A stretch of DNA of 64,000 bases, taken from assembly GCA_046563655.1 (NCBI GenBank), contig CM102285.1, positions 1,922,001-1,986,000 of the forward strand. The letters run 5' to 3'. A program made the translations under genes and the position numbers. Positions 60,992-64,000 of this stretch are shown here, piece by piece. The notes under the pieces were generated by a model. That model saw nothing but the letters and a program-made list of their open reading frames with translations, made no database searches and was not told where the DNA came from. The DNA comes from Yuukianura sp. NJ FZ-2021 (Eukaryota). Positions within the stretch are counted from its first letter, which is position 1. Each line of letters opens with the position of its first letter.

Positions 60992-63900
60992 TTAAAGTTT
61001 GAGAAAAATGTCAATAGCATAAAGGAAACTAAAAATTGAATACACGTTTTTTACTACGACGCACAACTGCAAATAAAAAAACATAATGCTTGAAAATGCA
61101 AATCCTGTCGCTGCAATAGCAAAAACTGATCGCAGTTTTTTTAGGCTTAGGACAAGGTCTTTAATTTTGTCGTTTTTTGCTGCTGTGAGAAATTTTTGCT
61201 CCTCTTTCATAAATTTTAGGTTGTTTGTCCAATTCAAAGACTTTTCCCAGTAACGTAGAAATCCTGAACTGCCCAACACATCCACTCTATGTTTCAAGTA
61301 CTCAAGAACATACATGTCATTGAACGTAAAAATATAGTCGTAGTTGTCACCACGAATGATGCCTTCGTTTTCTTTGTTATTGCTTTGGTAAATGTGTAGC
61401 CTTTCAGTTTTGCTGCTCTTGTACAACTTCACCTTTTCTTCTTGCAAGCTAGCTTCCCTTACAACTAGTAAGTCGCTACTACATTTCAAAAAATGGCTTG
61501 AAGGAGTAGAATTTGGAAAATTTTCCGGCGGAATCAAGTTATTGATCACCCTTTTCCGCCAACCAGTGTGATTAAACCTGTCGATACATATATCTTGTAA
61601 CGAAAAGTTTCGCTTATACATTCTCCTATCTATTTCGACAAATTCCAAGTCGCCTGGTAGTGTACCTTCAAAAACCAAATCCTCCGAGAATGTTTTGCAT
61701 AGCGGTGTTTGCTGTAAAAATTCGGACATAAATAGTAAAGCGTCACTGTCTGATTGTGGTGGTCTTTTGGGGGCGTTCGGCTCTTGACGCCATACAGAAT
61801 CCCAGTAGAAGTAAAAGTCATTTGGAATCAATGATGAATTTAAATTCACCGCTTCCAAGAAAGTTTTAACTTCATGTGGAGTCAGCGGAACCAACATGCT
61901 TGTTGTTAGCAAACTTTTGTAGCCGTTGGAAAGAATTATAAAAACATAGCGTAACGTTATAAATAAAATAGAAAACTTCAATGATTTAGTTAGCTTTGCT
62001 GAAAAGTTAACACTTTGTTCCATTGTTATTGTAACAAAGATAATAAATAACGAATCTGTAAATTTGTACATGATAAAGAAAGTTTTGCCAATAATGATTG
62101 CCAGAACACCCAATATAACCAGTCCACACCATAGGTTCGAACTAAACGGTTTTAAATACGCGGTAAAATTCAAGTCATCCCGCAGATTTATGCAACCGAA
62201 GAACCCAAAAGCATCCCCAGTTGATCCATGCAACACTATCATATGCCACATTAAAGCACCATAGAACACAGGTCGTCTGAAATGCAAATCTTTAACATCG
62301 GATACAAACATATGTAGTCCAAGAAGATCATCTTCGTCATAATTTCCTTTACAATACTCCCAATTTTTGTACTTTCCATGCGTTAAAAATGGAGCCAAGT
62401 AGTTGAACAGAATGATATGACGCATGCGCCGGTAGATATTGAACCTTTCAGGATATTTTCTCAAGGATGACGTCATGGAATGCTCACCTGCGCAGTTAAA
62501 ATTAGGTATAAACTGCTTTGTTAGGTTTCTAAACCGAGAAAATATTCCGCTCAAAACGACATTTTTAATACATCGCTCCGTCATCAACATTCTCGAGTAA
62601 GGTTTAAGTGATCCACCACCATTTTTGCTCTCGCCAATATCTAAAAACACATTAAGTGAAAATATTAAAATATACAAAACTAAACACATTTTAATAGCAT
62701 ATTATAGTTCAACTGAAAATGATTGACAGTTTGTTGAAAGCCGAAATTTTTATTTTTGGCGTGGAGACGTCGAAGTTGCAATAACGATTGCGTGTCAATT
62801 TGTACCCTTTGGAGCTTAAATCTTTGTGCAAACGCAAGTGTAACTTAAGTCGGTAATATTTATTTTACTCATTCCTAAAACCCACTCGTACATAAATAGG
62901 AATTCGTACAAAGTGATAAAGGTAAGACGAGGACTGTTAAAGTTATGCCAATTGAAGAATATTTATTTGTGACAAAACAATATGGAACTTTGCTACTTAC
63001 GAGGTACACTTTAGAAACAACATTAAGGAATAACTTACACTGAATGGTATGTTTATACAAGAGAGATAGTAGAATTGAGGAAAAAATGATCAAATGATTG
63101 AACCTATTCCGAATACGAATCCGAACCTGATTCGGAATCTATACTAGCATTTTTGACCGAAATAACAATGCGCTCTTGTGTGATCCGGATAAAATCTTCA
63201 GTGATATTTTCTGCTTTCATGATGAGCTCATCAAGTTCAATTACATGGCGAACGCATGACTGCCACATTTTGGTCTATTTCTGGGGATTGAATTACAAGT
63301 TGTACGATTGGTTAAGAGAATCTTAAAAGTCTTGTTCCTTTTCTTTACAGCGTCTAATCTAAATGGATCCTCCCATAAATGGGCATATTTGAACCATTCT
63401 TAGGCTATTTATTTAATTAGTACGCAGGTTTTCATTTATTTTATTTATAAGTCGTCTGGACACAGTTGCATCGCCCGGTTTATGTCAACCATGTTGTTAC
63501 CCGGGCCAACCATGATGTTACGCGCAAAAATTCAAAATCAACAAACTGTCAATCATTTTCGGTTGAACTATAATAATCATTAATGTTCTAAAACGTTCAC
63601 ATAATACTCAGATTGATTGAACAATTACTATTAAGTAGCTAAAGTTTATGCGGTGCTCTTGTATGTCTTTGTATTTCTCTGTCTGGTGGTTAGCACAAGC
63701 GACCGTCGATGGCAATTATTACAAATTAGTACTTGTTTGTTTTCAAATATGTAAACCGTTTCACAGTCACGCGGAGACATTTAAATGTCGTGCTCAAATG
63801 CAAATGAGGTTTATCTGCAGTTGACATGTCAATGAATCTTTCGCTACTTGTGTGCGCCTCAATTACCACGGTTCCACCCTAATTTATTGATCTAATTCTA

Positions 63901-64000
63901 ACTTCTATTAATTTCAAGTATAGTATTTTGCGTTACGATAAGGTTAGTTACCTTGGCATGTTGGATTATTATATTCCATAAGACACTGGTTGGGTTCAGA
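60992..64000 (-). CDS. Divergent IR-like protein (exon 1 starts beyond the window end)
   Basis: Exon 1 tail 64000-63952 (SEPNQCLMEYNNPTCQ G|gtaac) and exon 2 62640-60992 (tag|AT ATT GGC). Close paralog of the 57356-59771 gene. Confidence 0.82.
62705..63570. mobile_element. Internally deleted IS630/Tc1-mariner-like DNA transposon in IR intron
   Basis: Inverted repeats TAGTTCAAC(T/C)GAAAATGATTGACAGTTTGTTGA flanked by TA on both sides. Minus-strand degenerate peptides FRLDAV..KILL / SYNL*FNP and KMWQSCVRHVIE resemble the C-terminal part of DDE_3 transposases. Confidence 0.75.

Overview
AT-rich eukaryotic genomic DNA with short GT-AG introns. Gene content indicates an arthropod; a springtail-like basal hexapod is inferred from the mix of divergent ionotropic receptors and a microbial-type terpene synthase. 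Left to right the window holds: a catalytically dead carboxylesterase-family gene (minus strand, 3' end not found) with a SPRY+META-like gene nested in one intron; a 100-N gap; a clip-domain serine protease; a disrupted ionotropic receptor (IR)-like pseudogene; a CUB-LDLa-TM (loaf-like) gene with a dense intronic cluster of IR-1/ecdysone-response-type palindromes; three tandem secreted, basic, lipocalin-like genes; an intronless IR-like gene; PITHD1; two tandem SLC15/PEPT1-type transporters enclosing an intronless microbial-type terpene synthase bracketed by Helentron/DINE-1-like element ends; and three more tandem IR-like genes, one with a single CAA>TAA stop. The most interesting hypothesis is a roughly 30 kb chemical-ecology neighbourhood of terpene synthase, carrier proteins, altered transporters and receptors. 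All exon structures were derived by eye and need transcript confirmation.
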